NCBI GenBank assembly: GCA_002633005.1
Contig: NMRA01000216.1
Span: 278,241-342,240 of the forward strand
Origin: Phoronis australis
Taxonomy: Eukaryota; Animalia; Phoronida
Reading direction: 5' to 3'
DNA length: 64,000 bases
Within the stretch, counting starts at the first letter, position 1. Every line of letters begins with the position of its first letter. Positions 62,959 through 64,000 of the stretch are shown here, piece by piece. The notes beneath the pieces are model-generated. The model searched no databases, was not told the DNA's origin, and worked only from the letters and a program-made list of their open reading frames with translations. Position numbers and translations under genes: made by a program.

Positions 62959-64000
62959 GTATCAGGGGTGTCAGATGGTTATCTTCTCATTGCATTCTGA
63001 TTTAGATTAAGACTCGTGTGAAAAATATTACGATCAATTGGATTGTCGTTGTGATGGGCATTGTGACCATTGACTTGTGTGACATGTGGACTGAGTTTTC
63101 TTTCGTTTTCTGTCGTTGTTGACTGGCTAGTGTGGCGCAGTACTTACTTACTCTCTGAAAACATCATGTTAAATTGGACTTATAAGATTTGGAGATAAAA
63201 AATTACTGTGGTTACAGAAAGCTGGCTGGCTAGCTCTCTCAAGCAAAGGAGAGCTAGCCAGCCACAGGCGTCCTCAGCTTTTGATTATCCCCAATACACT
63301 AGCGAGGACAGCATTTTTCAAAAATTTTTGAAAATGTGCATGTAATATACATCACGAGAAAGCTCTCTACGAGACTAAAAGAACGGTGCAAAAAATTTTT
63401 AAATCGGACTTACGGTTCCGGAGAAAATGGTGTTTTTGTGTCAATTTTTTTGGTAAAAATTCTGTCAAATCAAATTTGTGAGTTTGAAATATTATGGTTA
63501 CAAATCTACGTAACATAGACTGACATGTTATACATCATTTCAAAGAAAATTTTATGATGAATAATTTGCAAAAAAAAACATTCCGATTGGACATTCCTGT
63601 GCGAAGATATTGACCTTAGAGTCAACAAAGCCGACGAAGAAAAGTCAGTACGTCACAATTTTGTCGTTTCAAATTGGCATAGAATAATAATTACTCAAGA
63701 AAAAAAAATAAGCTAGTATCATTTCAAGATTTTTCATCAGGGAAGTTGAAATCTGATAATTGGTTGGGCAAATTATTGATATTATTTTGTGACTTTTTTG
63801 TTGACATGCAGTTTGTGACTGACTTAACTTTGTCAAAATGCATTACTTTAAAAAAAATTATTAAAGATAAACAACATCATTTCAAATATGTATTGATGAA
63901 AAGTATGATAAACAAAAATTTTAATACAAGCTTCATACAGTAGATAGAAATTAAACATACTTTCCACAACAATGTAACAAAATGTAGACCTCGTCTTGAG

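Noticed and set aside
62959-62966. U12-type intron in NUDC (donor GTATCAGG)
   Set aside because: The U12 consensus is GTATCCTT; this matches only the first five bases.

Overview
AT-rich, intron-rich animal genomic DNA. The gene set and intron positions resemble vertebrate orthologues, and the repeats look like those of a marine invertebrate; the taxon is my inference only. Most ORF-track entries are noise because the real genes are spliced. By reading exons through GT-AG boundaries with consistent phase I reconstructed seven genes: CSTF3/CstF-77 (+, 18 exons, 5' exons outside the window), CEP15/C3orf14-like (+, 4 exons, complete, absent from the ORF track), an intronless MECR (+), OSCP1 (-, 10 exons), the 3' part of a CYP39A1-like P450 (+), an uncharacterised protein of about 400 aa (-, 4 exons) and exon 1 of NUDC (+), head-to-head with it. 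A single N at 51804 joins truncated OSCP1 and CYP sequence and must hide a larger gap. Introns hold many non-autonomous DNA transposons (MITEs), long inverted repeats, near-perfect hairpins, a LINE fragment, a tRNA-derived SINE-like head and a tandem array of CTCF-like motifs. No CRISPR array, rRNA or intact tRNA was seen. Gene identities come from recalled protein similarity, not a database search.
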